A stretch of 64,000 nucleotides of DNA. It comes from Spirochaetia bacterium (GTDB taxonomy: Bacteria > Spirochaetota > Spirochaetia > SZUA-6 > Bin103). Both the position numbers and the translations under genes were made by a program. Location: positions 5,120,001 through 5,184,000 of the forward strand of contig CBDBDQ010000005.1 in NCBI GenBank assembly GCA_965203905.1. The letters are read 5' to 3'. Below are positions 1 through 9,856 of this stretch, piece by piece (within the stretch, counting starts at the first letter, position 1; each line of letters begins with the position of its first letter). Below the pieces are notes generated by a model. The model ran no database searches. It saw only the letters and a list, made by a program, of their open reading frames with translations, and was not told the DNA's origin.

Positions 1-146
1 GACGGATAGCTCCTGACGATGTCCTCCACTCGCATTCCGGCTGCCAAGCTATCGAGGATCGTAGTCACGAGCACCCGCGTGCCTGTGACACACTCCCGGC
101 CATGGCAAATCATCGGATCGACAGTTATATGGTCGCGCCAGTCCAT
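1..146 (-). CDS. DUF433 family antitoxin-like protein (partial, runs off window edge)
   Basis: Manual translation MDWRDHITVDPMICHGRECVTGTRVLVTTILDSLAAGMRVEDIVRSYP has the DUF433 pattern; GGAGGA RBS upstream of ATG at 146. Not in the ORF track. Confidence 0.85.
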   Translation of the reverse strand, partial: MDWRDHITVDPMICHGRECVTGTRVLVTTILDSLAAGMRVEDIVRSYP

Positions 147-284
147 GGGGTCCTCCACAACCGCCGTTGACCGGGGACTACCGCCCCTTGCCGGACAGAT
201 CGAACAGCTTGCTCATGGGATCACGTTACGCGGCACCGGTGCCTGGATCAAGTGTCGAGGCTGTCGAGGCGGGGGCGTCTGGAC

Positions 285-1170
285 ATGGCGCCGCGCACCG
301 CCGGCCACGTCTACCTCCAGCGCGATGTCCGCGTATCCTTTTCCCAGCTCCGCCTCCGAGCGGAACACGTAGTAGTCGGTCACGCTCAGATAGGCGGCCA
401 GGAAGCCCTGCACCACCTTCTCGCCGCTGATGTAGTCGCGGATGCCGGTCTGCGGCATGATCGCCTCGTCCAGGAAGTCGAACACCGGTCGCCACTCGCC
501 CCGGTTGGCCATCGCCATCAGCAACTGCTCGACCCGGAACAGGTTGACCGAGAACACTCCCACGTCGCGGATGCTGAGCAGCCCGAAGTAGTGCAGCAGG
601 GAGAGGAAGTTCTCGGGATCGGTGAGGCGCTCCAGCGGGAAGCTCGGCTGGATGCGGGTATCCACCTGCTGCTCGCCGATAATGTCGCGCAGCAGGTCGA
701 AGTTGCCGTTCAGTTGCCGGCCCACCACCAGCAGGTGGCGCAGCTTGCCGTAGTCGATGCGCACGTTGGTGTCGATCAGGTAGGTCGGCACGTCCCGGTT
801 CGGGATGGAGTTGTCGAGGTAGTAGAGCACCATGTCGGTGTTGTGCAGATCGGTGGCGGCTTCCTTGGCGAAACGGTAGCCGTTGTACCACTCGCTCATG
901 ATGCCCATGGCGGTCTCCACGTCCTGGTTGAACACGCCCAGGTCGCGGTACGTCTCGACCAGGCGCCGCACCTCCGGCTCGGTGAGCCGACCATCTCGTT
1001 GAAGTCCGGGTGCAGGCTGATGTTCTTGCCGATGTTGAAGCCGCTGGTGACGTCGTCCATGGTGACCGGCGACACGCCGGTGATGAACAGGCGCTCCAGG
1101 CCGCCGCCGCCGCTGCGGTCGGCGCCGGACCTCAGGATGGCGAAGAAGTTGCGTAGAAGCCGCCGCCGTC
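285..1170 (-). pseudogene. AAA-ATPase-like / PD-(D/E)XK nuclease family protein, fragment
   Basis: Motifs FITGVSPVTMDDVTSGFNI, WYNGYRF, LLHYFGLL and SEAELGKGYADI; paralogous to 15114..16661. Frameshift near 985, truncated at both ends, apparent internal deletion at RDV|GVFSV. Confidence 0.8.
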
Positions 1171-2535
1171 GTGTAGCCAGAAACGGACGCTTCTATTTGC
1201 CGAGCATCTCACTGACGAGGTGCTTCTGAACTTGCCGCATCGCCAGTTCGTGTTCGCCCTGCCGAACGCGCTGCGCATCTGCTTCCGCCACGACCGTCGG
1301 CTGTTCGGCCATGTCTCGCGGCTGATCTACCACATCATCCAGGAGTTCTATCATCAAGCTGCCGGTAGGCCGATTCGGACCGGTGTCGTAATCGCTCACC
1401 AGACATTCGGCGACATGTTGCGCTGGAACCCTCATTTCCACGCTATCGTCTTGGAAGGCGGTTTCGACGAGCAGGGTACCTTCGTGTACATACCGCTTGG
1501 CCACCTGCAGGCCATGACCGAGCTGCTGCGTCGCCGGGTGGTCGCGTTGCTGGTGGATCAGAAGCTACTCGACCGCCGCTTCGCGCGTAACATGCTGTCC
1601 TGGCGGCACTCCGGCTTCAGCATTGACAATTCAGTTCGCATCCTCGATCGAGGTGTGCAGCGATCTCTGGCTGAATACGTCTCGCGCCCTGCGATCTCCG
1701 CGCAAGCGCTGGAACAAGATCCGCTATGAACCCTTCAAAGGTCGTGTGTTGTTCCACACCACATACTCGGACTATTTCAAGCGCTGGGAAGCCAGCGCCA
1801 GAAATCGTGCACCTCTTCGACGCTCTGGACTTCCTTGCCGAGCTCGGAGATTGCCTGCGGCAACTCTCCAGCACATCCCACCGGCGCGGGTGCAACTCAT
1901 TCGTCGTTATGGTTTGTACTCCTCGCGGATCAAGGGTCACTGGACCCGCATGCCCTACGTTCTGCAGCGGGCGCCATCAGGTTGCACGAGCTCAGAGGTG
2001 CCTGCAACGGAAACCGACGCTCCAGACGCGCGTGAACGTCGCCATGCGTGGGCCCGCCTGCTCGCTCGAGTCTACGAAATCGACCCACTTGTCTGCCCCC
2101 GCTGCGGAGCTCGGTTAGAGGATTGCCGCAGGCAATCCCGTGATCCGCAGTGATCCAGAATCCCGTGCAAATCATAAAGATCCTGGACCACCTGGTGAGA
2201 ACCGGTCGAAACGACGAGCTATAGCTCGTCGTCCGCCTCCGGGGCTCGATCCGACCACCCTCGACTGAACAGGTTACTCGGCGTTGAGCCGAACTGCCGC
2301 TCGGATTGCGGCGGCGGTTCCACCCAGGGCAAGGTGCGAACGCCCGCGTCGGCGGCAGTCTTCACCGAGCCTCATCGCAGCCCCTATGCGCGGCATTCTC
2401 ACCGGCACGCGCCGCCGTCAGCGGTCGTTATCGCTGCTTCAGCCAGCCGTTCGCCATCGTGCCGATCAGTTACCATCCCGATGCTGCTCGCGGTGCTTTT
2501 ACGCTCGTTCGCTCTCGATTACTCTTCCTATCATT
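1166..2535 (+). mobile_element. IS91-family (HUH/Y2, rolling-circle) element remnant; transposase 5'-truncated and frameshifted
   Basis: PSCSQKRTLLFAEHL, PHRQFVFALP, HUH motif NPHFHAIV, IRRYGLYSSR and WARLLARVYEIDPLVCPRCG; stop at 2268. An oriIS-like end (TTCCTATCA, ~2525-2533) abuts the truncated permease at 2536. Confidence 0.85.
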
Positions 2536-2892
2536 CACCGCCACCACGACGTTGAGGGCGGTGGCGGCCAGCCCCACCGTCAGCGACAGCCGCGCCCCGT
2601 GGATGAGGCGACTCAGCAGGTCGCGCCCGACGTGGTCGGTGCCCAGCAGGTACTGGGCCGAGGGGGCCTGCAGGCGGTCGCGCAGGTGGATCTCCTGGTA
2701 GCGGTAGGGCGCCAGCGAATCGGCGAAGATGCTGACCAGCACCAGGATCAGGATGACGATGCCGCCGGCGGTCCCCAACGGCTGCTCGCGCACCAGCCGC
2801 CCGAAGAACTTCCTCAGCCCGGCCTGGCCGGCCGCAGCCGCCCCCGCGACCGGCTCGGCGACGGCCGGCGTCAACGGAGATACGTCACCCAT
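2536..2892 (-). pseudogene. ABC permease (DppC/OppC-like) 5' fragment, truncated by the IS91 end
   Basis: 2536-2908 matches 9021-9393 (373 bp, no difference seen by eye); homology stops exactly at the IS91 end. Confidence 0.9.
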
Positions 2893-2910
2893 GGGCTTCC
2901 CTCATTGCGG

Positions 2911-3256
2911 CTACTGCCGGATCCTGAGCCTTCCTGGTTCAGCGGTGACGATCGCTCCTGCTTCAAGCTCGGCCCCATGAGCTTCGAGGACTTGGTCGCG
3001 CACTACCGTCTGCTGGCGAGCGGCAAAGCCGACCAAGCGTAGAATTCCATGATGCGGCCGCTCGTGCACGACAGCCAGTTCGCCGAAGTCCTTGTCCAGC
3101 GTCACGAGGACGCGACGCTCGCCATGGGCTCTGGTGAGAATCTCGTCGTCGCCAGGGTCTTCGGGCGAATCGCCAGCGAACTCAACATCGTGGCCAGCGG
3201 CCCTCAGCCCACCGACGGCACCACCCCAGACGCACGAATCCCAGGAGCAGCCTCAT
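2911..3256 (-). pseudogene. DUF5615 (PIN-like, VapC45-type) toxin, frameshifted
   Basis: ATG overlaps the DUF433 stop. MRLLL-[extra G]-DSCVWGG...GHDVE...DDEIL...RVLVTLDKDFGEL; +1 frameshift at codon 6. Confidence 0.85.
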
Positions 3257-3510
3257 CCATCCCCGGGGACGAGGAGAGGTTCTACTCGCTCGCGACCGAC
3301 GACGCGGCGGGCGTACGCCAGACAGGCGAGGATGTCTTCAGGCTCGAGCCACGGATAGCCCTGCAGTATGGTCTCGTGATCGTCGCCTGCCGCCAGCATT
3401 CCCAACACGTGCTCGACGGCCAGACGACGGCCTCGCACGATCGGTTTGCCGCCGTAAATCCGCGGATCGGCAGAGATTCGCTCAAGGAGGTTTATTTCGT
3501 CTATAGTCAT
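3253..3510 (-). CDS. DUF433 family antitoxin
   Basis: RISADPRIYGGKPIVRGRRLAVEHVLGMLAAGDDHETILQGYPWLEPEDILACLAYA. Confidence 0.92.
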   Translation of the reverse strand: MTIDEINLLERISADPRIYGGKPIVRGRRLAVEHVLGMLAAGDDHETILQGYPWLEPEDILACLAYARRVVGRERVEPLLVPGDG

Positions 3511-3694
3511 TCAATCTTATCTTACTGGTAGAGCGCGAGGAGCGCTACGATTGGTCGCGGCGCTTCCACCACCGGTCGATCCAGCGTTGCTCGGCGGAGA
3601 GGCCAGCCGCCATCGGCGCGGCGGCGTGACCTGACGGCGGCTTCGGCCGGCTCGGCGCCAGCCGGCGTCAACTGTGATACATGACCGTGCCGCC

Positions 3695-4651
3695 TCATTC
3701 GTAGCGAATCCGCGGGTCCAGCGAAGCATACAGCAAATCGGTGAGCAGGTTGACGAACACCACCACCGTGGCGAAGAACAGGTTCACCGCCGATACCACC
3801 GGGTAGTCGCGGTCGTTGAGCGCGTCCAGCATCAGCCGCCCCAGCCCCGGCAGGTTGAAGATGTTCTCGATGATCACCGAGCCGCCCACCAGAATCGGGA
3901 GCTGCATGCCCACCAGCGTCACCACCGGGATGATGGCGTTCTTGAGCGCGTGGCGCAGAATCACCGACCGCTCCAGCAGCCCCTTGGCCCAGGCGGTCCT
4001 GATGTAGTCCTGCCTCAGCACCTCCAGCATCATGGTGCGAATCATGCGCATGGTGCTGGCCGCCAGGTAGGTGCCGAGGATCAGGCTCGGGATCAGGAAC
4101 ATGCCGAGGTTGCCCAGCGGGTCCTGGGCCAACGGAATCAGTTCCATCGGCGGCGACCACGCCCACCAGATGGCCGGGTAGATCATCACCATCGTTCCCA
4201 GCCAGAAGTTGGGCGTCGCCAGCCCCATGATGGCGACCGACCGTCCCAGGTAGTCGGCGGCGGTGTACTGGCGCACCGCCGAGTAGATGCCCACCGGCAG
4301 CGCGATGACCAGGCCGATGAGGATGGCCAGCAGCCCGAGCTCGGCGGTGACCGGCAGTCGTCCCAGCATGCGCTGCTCGATCCGCCAGCCGCCCAGCAGC
4401 GACTCGCCGAGGGTGCCGCGCAGGAGGATGCCACCGATCCAGCGGCCGTACTGCACGTGGATCGGCAGGTCCAGGCCGAGCCGCTGTTCGATGGTCGCGC
4501 GGTCGATCTGGCCGCCCACGAATGCCGTGCGACCGACCATGATGTCGATGACGTCGCCGGGGATGAAGCGGACGGACAGGAACACCAACACGCTCAGGAT
4601 GAACAGGGTCGGGACGACCAGCAGCAGCCGGCGGATGATGTACGCTCTCAT
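3695..4651 (-). CDS. ABC transporter permease (DppB/OppB-like)
   Basis: MRAYIIRRLLL start, LEVLRQDYIRTAWAKGL EAA-loop, DLLYASLDPRIRYE end. Confidence 0.95.
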   Translation of the reverse strand: MRAYIIRRLLLVVPTLFILSVLVFLSVRFIPGDVIDIMVGRTAFVGGQIDRATIEQRLGLDLPIHVQYGRWIGGILLRGTLGESLLGGWRIEQRMLGRLPVTAELGLLAILIGLVIALPVGIYSAVRQYTAADYLGRSVAIMGLATPNFWLGTMVMIYPAIWWAWSPPMELIPLAQDPLGNLGMFLIPSLILGTYLAASTMRMIRTMMLEVLRQDYIRTAWAKGLLERSVILRHALKNAIIPVVTLVGMQLPILVGGSVIIENIFNLPGLGRLMLDALNDRDYPVVSAVNLFFATVVVFVNLLTDLLYASLDPRIRYE

Positions 4652-4665
4652 ATCTTCGTGGTAAT

Positions 4666-4699
4666 AGGGCGCCGGGAAGCTTGAGGCTCCCGGCGCCCT
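4666..4699 (-). terminator. Intergenic hairpin between SBP and permease (mRNA stabiliser or partial terminator)
   Basis: AGGGCGCCGGGA-N10-TCCCGGCGCCCT, a perfect 12-bp stem. Confidence 0.6.
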
Positions 4700-4815
4700 G
4701 CTCAACAGCAAACAGAACGAGCGCGAAAACGCTCGCGGACCCCACCGCTAGGCGTGGCCCCGGCATGTGGAGTCGCGCAGCGACTCCCGTTTCAGTCGCC
4801 CCAGGGGCGATGAAT

Positions 4816-6633
4816 TCAGAATCCCATTTCTCGCTTCAGATCCTGGTCGATCCAGAGGCGGGCGAGGACGGGATGATACTGCAGGTCTCCCAGCGAGTAT
4901 TCACCGTTGTAGCCCTTGACCCACGGATTGTTCGCCTGAAACTGTGGCGCCAGAGGACCCCAAATCTGATTGTGTTGCTCGATCACGGACATATCATATG
5001 CTTTCGATGCCTCCAACTGCTCCTCCAAGGTCGTGGCGGCGTAATAGGCATCAGAGGCCGCGTCCAGCACGGAGGTGTCGATTGCGCACGGGTCGCTACA
5101 GGCCAAGTACTCCCGGCTAAATGGGTTGTCACTGCGATGAGCGTCCAGCCAGAAGCCCGTATGGGCCATGTCGCCAGTGGCCATCTCATACGTGAGGTCT
5201 GCTTTCGCAGCAACCCAAGTCGCCGTGTCAGCAATCTTGGTCGTTACCTCAACGCCAATATCAGACCAGTAGCCGGCAGCGATTTCTGTATAGCCCAAAT
5301 CAATGACGTCTCGGTGCAAATACTCTGCCGTGAATCGGATTCCGTCCGCGCCGCGCGGATAGCCAGCCTCATCAAGGAGTTCCTCGGCACTCTCCGGATC
5401 GTACCGGTAGTATCGTTTGAGCTCGTCTGGCCACTCTTCAAATGGTGTGTAACCCCCCTTGATGCCAATCCACCGAGGGTTTTCCCAGTCTGCAAAACCG
5501 CCAAAGTAGGTATCGTTAATCGTCTCGAGATCCAGTGCCATCTGCAGTGCATGGCGCACCCTGATGTCGTCAAATGGCGCGTTGCGAATGTTCAGACCAA
5601 AGACCTGAAACGCCCGCTGGTAATAACTGTGCACCTCGATTTCGGGGTTGGTCCTTTGGAGGCTCCTTATCACGTCCATGTTTCCTATGTCAACGACGCC
5701 GGCGTGCTGAATGATATCAACCTTGCCCGTACGCATTGCCGATATACGTGTTGCTTCGTCTGCCATAAGGAGAGCCCTTATCTCGTCAACATAAGGCAAG
5801 CGGTTCTCCGGGTATTTCTCGTCGTAGTCCCAGAAGTCAGGATTCTTGGTAAAGGTTTTTGAGACGCCCTCGACATAGTCAGTCAGTATAAGGGGCCCGG
5901 TGCCGACCACGTTCTTCCAATCCTCATAGTTGCCGTATTGCTCGATTACGTCAGGGGGTAGTATCCAATTCTGAGCTTCGTTGAGGATCGCCCATAGCGC
6001 ACCGAGGGATAGCCTTGTCATCTTCATGACGACCGTGTATTTGTCGGTGGCCTCTATCGATTCCCATGGCAGGTTGAACGTGGTGCCAGGCCTAAGGGGA
6101 GGTTCGGTGAAGTCACCCTGAGCGGTACTGCGCTGATAGGTATAGACGACATCATCGGCAGTTAGCTCCCGACCATTTACTAAGCGACTGGCCTCACTGT
6201 CTGGATTAAGAGCGTAGTGAACGCCCTGACGGATGTGAAAAACGTAGGTCAGCGGGTCGGGCGTCTCCCAGCTTTCCGCCAGATTCCCTGTCAAGAAGCG
6301 CGCAGGGACGTAATTGTCTGTCCAGTCAAATTCCTCCCTATCCAGTGCCCAGTCCCCGAGCGCGAGCTTCTCATTGACACCGTCTATGAGCCAGCCCGCT
6401 TCGAAGCCAACAGCAAAGGGGTCTACATTATTGCTTACTCTGTTATAGGGATAGGTTAATGTCCCGCCGTACTCCGGCGCGGTCACCATCTTGCCGGTGG
6501 CGGGGTCCATCACCATTTCCTTCTCCATCGCCGCTGCCGGCTCCTCTTCTGCGCCGGTCGCCCAAAGGCCGGTTGCCGTCAGGACGAGCCCGAACAGTAC
6601 CGCCAGCAATTTTCGCGAGATTGCGTAGTGCAT
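4816..6633 (-). CDS. ABC transporter substrate-binding protein, family 5 (SBP1)
   Basis: Signal peptide, PEYGGTLT, LAESWE, VGTGP, PFDDIRVRHAL, LLDEAGY; AGGAG RBS before ATG 6633. Confidence 0.95.
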   Translation of the reverse strand: MHYAISRKLLAVLFGLVLTATGLWATGAEEEPAAAMEKEMVMDPATGKMVTAPEYGGTLTYPYNRVSNNVDPFAVGFEAGWLIDGVNEKLALGDWALDREEFDWTDNYVPARFLTGNLAESWETPDPLTYVFHIRQGVHYALNPDSEASRLVNGRELTADDVVYTYQRSTAQGDFTEPPLRPGTTFNLPWESIEATDKYTVVMKMTRLSLGALWAILNEAQNWILPPDVIEQYGNYEDWKNVVGTGPLILTDYVEGVSKTFTKNPDFWDYDEKYPENRLPYVDEIRALLMADEATRISAMRTGKVDIIQHAGVVDIGNMDVIRSLQRTNPEIEVHSYYQRAFQVFGLNIRNAPFDDIRVRHALQMALDLETINDTYFGGFADWENPRWIGIKGGYTPFEEWPDELKRYYRYDPESAEELLDEAGYPRGADGIRFTAEYLHRDVIDLGYTEIAAGYWSDIGVEVTTKIADTATWVAAKADLTYEMATGDMAHTGFWLDAHRSDNPFSREYLACSDPCAIDTSVLDAASDAYYAATTLEEQLEASKAYDMSVIEQHNQIWGPLAPQFQANNPWVKGYNGEYSLGDLQYHPVLARLWIDQDLKREMGF

Positions 6634-6658
6634 CTTTGACTCCTGATACTCGTGATAT

Positions 6659-6702
6659 TTGAGAGTGCCGATGCCACTGGCCATCCCTCGCCCACTCTCG
6701 CG
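6659..6702 (-). promoter_or_regulatory. Conserved inverted repeat in SBP leader (copy 1)
   Basis: TTGAGAGTG-N25-CACTCTCGCG; also at 20558 and 25986. Confidence 0.65.
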
Positions 6703-6946
6703 GTACACCTGGTATCGCCGGTGCCCGGGAAAACGAGGGGGGACAGCCTCGAGCTACATCTACATCCGGCACCTCCTTGAACGCGTGCGCGGACCTGAGC
6801 CCGGAGCGTCGCGGGGGGCGGTGGTCCGCGACCGTTCGGTCGGCGCTGCAGCGCGGGTGAGTGACCGGCAACGCCGGCGGCCCGCCAGGCAGGCGGTCGG
6901 AGTAGCGGTGGTCCAGGAGAAGTGGCGCGCGGGGCGCGCTGCGCGT

Positions 6947-7144
6947 TCAGCCTGAGCGCTTACGCTTGGGGGGGGGGTAGGCGAGGATAGGACGCGCCGG
7001 TGGCGTTGCCGCTAGGAGCGTGTCGGCTGCGCCGACGAGGTCCGAGCGGATCGGCGGAATAGACCGCCCCGGCGCCTCGGGCGTCGGTTTATGGGGCGCC
7101 AACCGGTGGCGGCGCTGAGTAGTGTCATCAGGCATCGTTCGCAT
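6947..7144 (-). CDS. Putative poly-proline leader peptide (uORF1, 65 aa)
   Basis: MRTMPDDTTQRRHRLA...ATPPARPILAYPPPKRKRSG is homologous to the uORFs at 21041 and 26460; PPP is encoded across a C10 tract (G10 on + at 6968-6977). Confidence 0.45.
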   Translation of the reverse strand: MRTMPDDTTQRRHRLAPHKPTPEAPGRSIPPIRSDLVGAADTLLAATPPARPILAYPPPKRKRSG

Positions 7145-7165
7145 CCGTTCGTTACCCGAGACACG

Positions 7166-7194
7166 ACCCTCGGACACCTGGGCAAACACGTCAA
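7166..7194 (-). promoter_or_regulatory. Putative promoter of SBP1 leader
   Basis: TTGACG-N17-GAGGGT with an upstream A-tract; same geometry as at 21065-21093 and 26483-26511. Confidence 0.6.
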
Positions 7195-7467
7195 GCGGCA
7201 ATTGACGATTTTTTTTTCGATTTCTTTCGGGGCCGTCGCGGCCGCCGTGAGCGCCGTCCCGGCGCCGATCCGGGCGCATCGCCCTCTCCAGAGCCGTCAT
7301 TCGCCGCAGTTTGGCCGTCCGCAGGCCGTTCACCGTCCGCGTCGGCCTCACAGCGGCCCGCTGAGGGCCTTCCAGCGCCTCCGGGCTAGCCTGGGGTACC
7401 CCTGAGAAACACCCGTCACCCGCGAGCCTGCCTCGTCCGACCATGGCGGGCGGCCAGGCCGCGGTGC

Positions 7468-7539
7468 CGCCGAGGGTGCCGCGCAGGAGGATGCCACCGA
7501 TCCAGCGGCCGTACTGCACGTGAATCGGCAGGTCCAGGC
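7468..7539 (-). repeat. 72-bp copy of an internal permB segment
   Basis: 71/72 identical to 4405-4476. Confidence 0.9.
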
Positions 7540-7594
7540 GTTGACTGTACATAGCTAGGTCGAGGTGCGTATACTCAAACTTGAGAGATGGCAG

Positions 7595-7867
7595 ATGCCA
7601 CCGGTGTCGCATCCCTTCAAGCAAGGTGCTCTGGTCGTCCTGATGAACTACAATGACCATGCGCCGCCACACGTACACGTCAGGTATCAAGGCGATGTCC
7701 GCAGCTATCGGCTCGACATCAGAACCAGAGAGTGGCTTCGGCCCGGCGTGGCATTGCCACCCCGTCTGCGAAGAATGATCGAATCATGGGTAGAAGCACA
7801 CGAGGAAGAACTGCTGGAGCAGTGGGATAGATCCCGGCGGGGGCAGCCGGTTTCCGTAGTGGGATGA
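7595..7867 (+). CDS. DUF4160 domain protein (TA-like pair, first gene)
   Basis: MNYNDHAPPHVHVRY motif and C-terminal ELLEQW; TATACT -10 at 7570. Confidence 0.85.
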   Translation: MPPVSHPFKQGALVVLMNYNDHAPPHVHVRYQGDVRSYRLDIRTREWLRPGVALPPRLRRMIESWVEAHEEELLEQWDRSRRGQPVSVVG

Positions 7868-8250
7868 AGACCATGCGATGGAGCGAATGGCGAGCCGTAG
7901 CCGATGACCCGAGAAAGTGGACGAACCGATGGGAGCGAGGCTTGCTGAAGGTTGAGTACGTGACCGACTACATGTTGCGACTCTGGTTTGAGGAAGAACT
8001 GGACGTCTCCATCTACGAGTTGGACTTTCGGCCGCTCCTGATCGAGGAGAATCCCGGCGTCGTGTTTCAATCGCTGAGGGACAAGAGACGATTCCGTATG
8101 GTTCGAGCCGACTACGCCTTGGTTTGGCCCAATCCCGAGACCGGCGAACAGGATGAGCAAACGATTGATCTGGCCCCCGAGTGTGTTCGCTTCTTCTGTG
8201 AGCGATACGGTAAGCTGCGGTCGCACGCCGCGGCGGCGCGGCCCCCGTAG
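7864..8250 (+). CDS. DUF2442 domain protein (TA-like pair, second gene)
   Basis: VEYVTDYMLRLWF, VFQSLRD, LVWPN, IDLAPE; ATGA overlap with the DUF4160 gene. Confidence 0.85.
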   Translation: MKTMRWSEWRAVADDPRKWTNRWERGLLKVEYVTDYMLRLWFEEELDVSIYELDFRPLLIEENPGVVFQSLRDKRRFRMVRADYALVWPNPETGEQDEQTIDLAPECVRFFCERYGKLRSHAAAARPP

Positions 8251-8347
8251 GGCCAGGTGTGGCGCGATCTCCCGTTGCCGCTGCGATGGTTCGGCACTTC
8301 TCGAGCATCTGCCCCCGTTCGACGGGGGGGCATGCTACACTACCGTC

Positions 8348-8430
8348 ATGATCAGCCGTGGCATTCGCGGTTATATGGCTCGCGAGTGGCGAACGGCGCG
8401 GGCTGCCAAGGACGCGTATTGGGCCGCTGT
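8348..8430 (+). pseudogene. 5' remnant of a small antitoxin-like gene
   Basis: MISRGIRGYMAREWRTARAAKDAYWA behind a leaderless TACACT-N6-ATG start; cut off by the convergent permease. Confidence 0.4.
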
Positions 8431-9377
8431 CAGGTTCTGTCCCGGCCGGCGCCGTAGCGCCCGAGGCGGCCGCGGAGGCGGGGGTCGAGCAGGTCGCGCA
8501 CCGCGTCGCCGAACATGTTGAGGCTGTACACCACCACGGTCAGGCACACGCCCGGCCACAGCGCCAGGTGCGGCGCGATCTCCATGTACTGCCGCCCCTC
8601 CCGGCTCAGCATGCCGCCCCAGCTCGGGATGTCCGGCGGCAACCCGAAGCCGAGAAAGCTCAGCGCCGCCTCCGCCATGATCACCCCGCCGACGTTGATG
8701 CTGAAGATGATGATGATCGGCGCCGCGATGTTGGGCAGCACGTGGCGCAAGAGCGAGCGCCGGCGCGAGCTGCCGATCGCCTGCGCCGCCTGGAAGTAGA
8801 CGTTCTCCTTCACCCCCAGCACCGCGCCGCGCACCACCCGCGAGGCCGGGATGCCGCCCGACACCCCCAGCACGATGATGATCTGCGCCATGCCGCGGCC
8901 GGCAATCGACATGATGGTGAGCAGCAACAGCAGCCCCGGGAACGCCATCCAGGCGTCGACGAAGCGCTGCGTCACCAGGTCCAGCCGGCCGCCGATGAAG
9001 CCGGTGGTGCCGCCGATCAGCACCGCCACCACGACGTTGAGGGCGGTGGCGGCCAGCCCCACCGTCAGCGACAGCCGCGCCCCGTGGATGAGGCGACTCA
9101 GCAGGTCGCGCCCGACGTGGTCGGTGCCCAGCAGGTACTGGGCCGAGGGGGCCTGCAGGCGGTCGCGCAGGTGGATCTCCTGGTAGCGGTAGGGCGCCAG
9201 CGAATCGGCGAAGATGCTGACCAGCACCAGGATCAGGATGACGATGCCGCCGGCGGTCCCCAACGGCTGCTCGCGCACCAGCCGCCCGAAGAACTTCCTC
9301 AGCCCGGCCTGGCCGGCCGCAGCCGCCCCCGCGACCGGCTCGGCGACGGCCGGCGTCAACGGAGATACGTCACCCAT
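8430..9377 (-). CDS. ABC transporter permease (DppC/OppC-like)
   Basis: LLGTDHVGRDLLSRLIHGAR, HVLPNI, LSFLGFGLPP, FGDAVRDLLDPR. Confidence 0.95.
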   Translation of the reverse strand: MGDVSPLTPAVAEPVAGAAAAGQAGLRKFFGRLVREQPLGTAGGIVILILVLVSIFADSLAPYRYQEIHLRDRLQAPSAQYLLGTDHVGRDLLSRLIHGARLSLTVGLAATALNVVVAVLIGGTTGFIGGRLDLVTQRFVDAWMAFPGLLLLLTIMSIAGRGMAQIIIVLGVSGGIPASRVVRGAVLGVKENVYFQAAQAIGSSRRRSLLRHVLPNIAAPIIIIFSINVGGVIMAEAALSFLGFGLPPDIPSWGGMLSREGRQYMEIAPHLALWPGVCLTVVVYSLNMFGDAVRDLLDPRLRGRLGRYGAGRDRT

Positions 9378-9384
9378 GGGCTTC

Positions 9385-9438
9385 CCTCATTGCCTCAATA
9401 CCTCAATACCTCGTTGCCTGGTCCGAAAAGCGGACCAG
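9385..9438. repeat. 8-bp tandem repeat plus hairpin in the permB-permC spacer
   Basis: CCTCATTG CCTCAATA CCTCAATA CCTCGTTG followed by CTGGTCCG-AAAAG-CGGACCAG. Confidence 0.7.
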
Positions 9439-9498
9439 CGGGCGATGCCTGTGCATCGCTTTTCACGGTCTTCCGTATCACGGAGTGACGGTGCTGCC

Positions 9499-9856
9499 TC
9501 ATTCGTAGCGGATCCGCGGGTCCAGCGAAGCATACAGCAAATCGGTCAGCAGGTTGACGAACACCACCACCGTGGCGAAGAACAGGTTCACGGCCGACAC
9601 CACCGGGTAGTCGCGGTCGTTGAGCGCGTCCAGCATCAGCCGCCCCAGCCCCGGCAGGTTGAAGATGTTCTCGATGATCACCGAGCCGCCCACCAGGATC
9701 GGGAGCTGCATGCCCACCAGCGTCACCACCGGGATGATGGCGTTCTTGACCGCGTGGCGCAGGATCACCGAGCGCTCCAGCAGGCCCTTGGACCAGGCGG
9801 TCCTGATGTAATCCTGGCGCAGCACCTCCAGCATCATGGTGCGCGTCATGCGCATG
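9499..9856 (-). pseudogene. ABC permease (DppB-like) 3' fragment
   Basis: 9486-9856 aligns without gaps to 3682-4052 with scattered, mostly synonymous differences; the 5' two-thirds is missing. Confidence 0.9.

Noticed and set aside
3682-9856. DGR template/variable repeat pair
   Set aside because: Differences are mostly synonymous rather than adenine-specific, and no reverse transcriptase is present.
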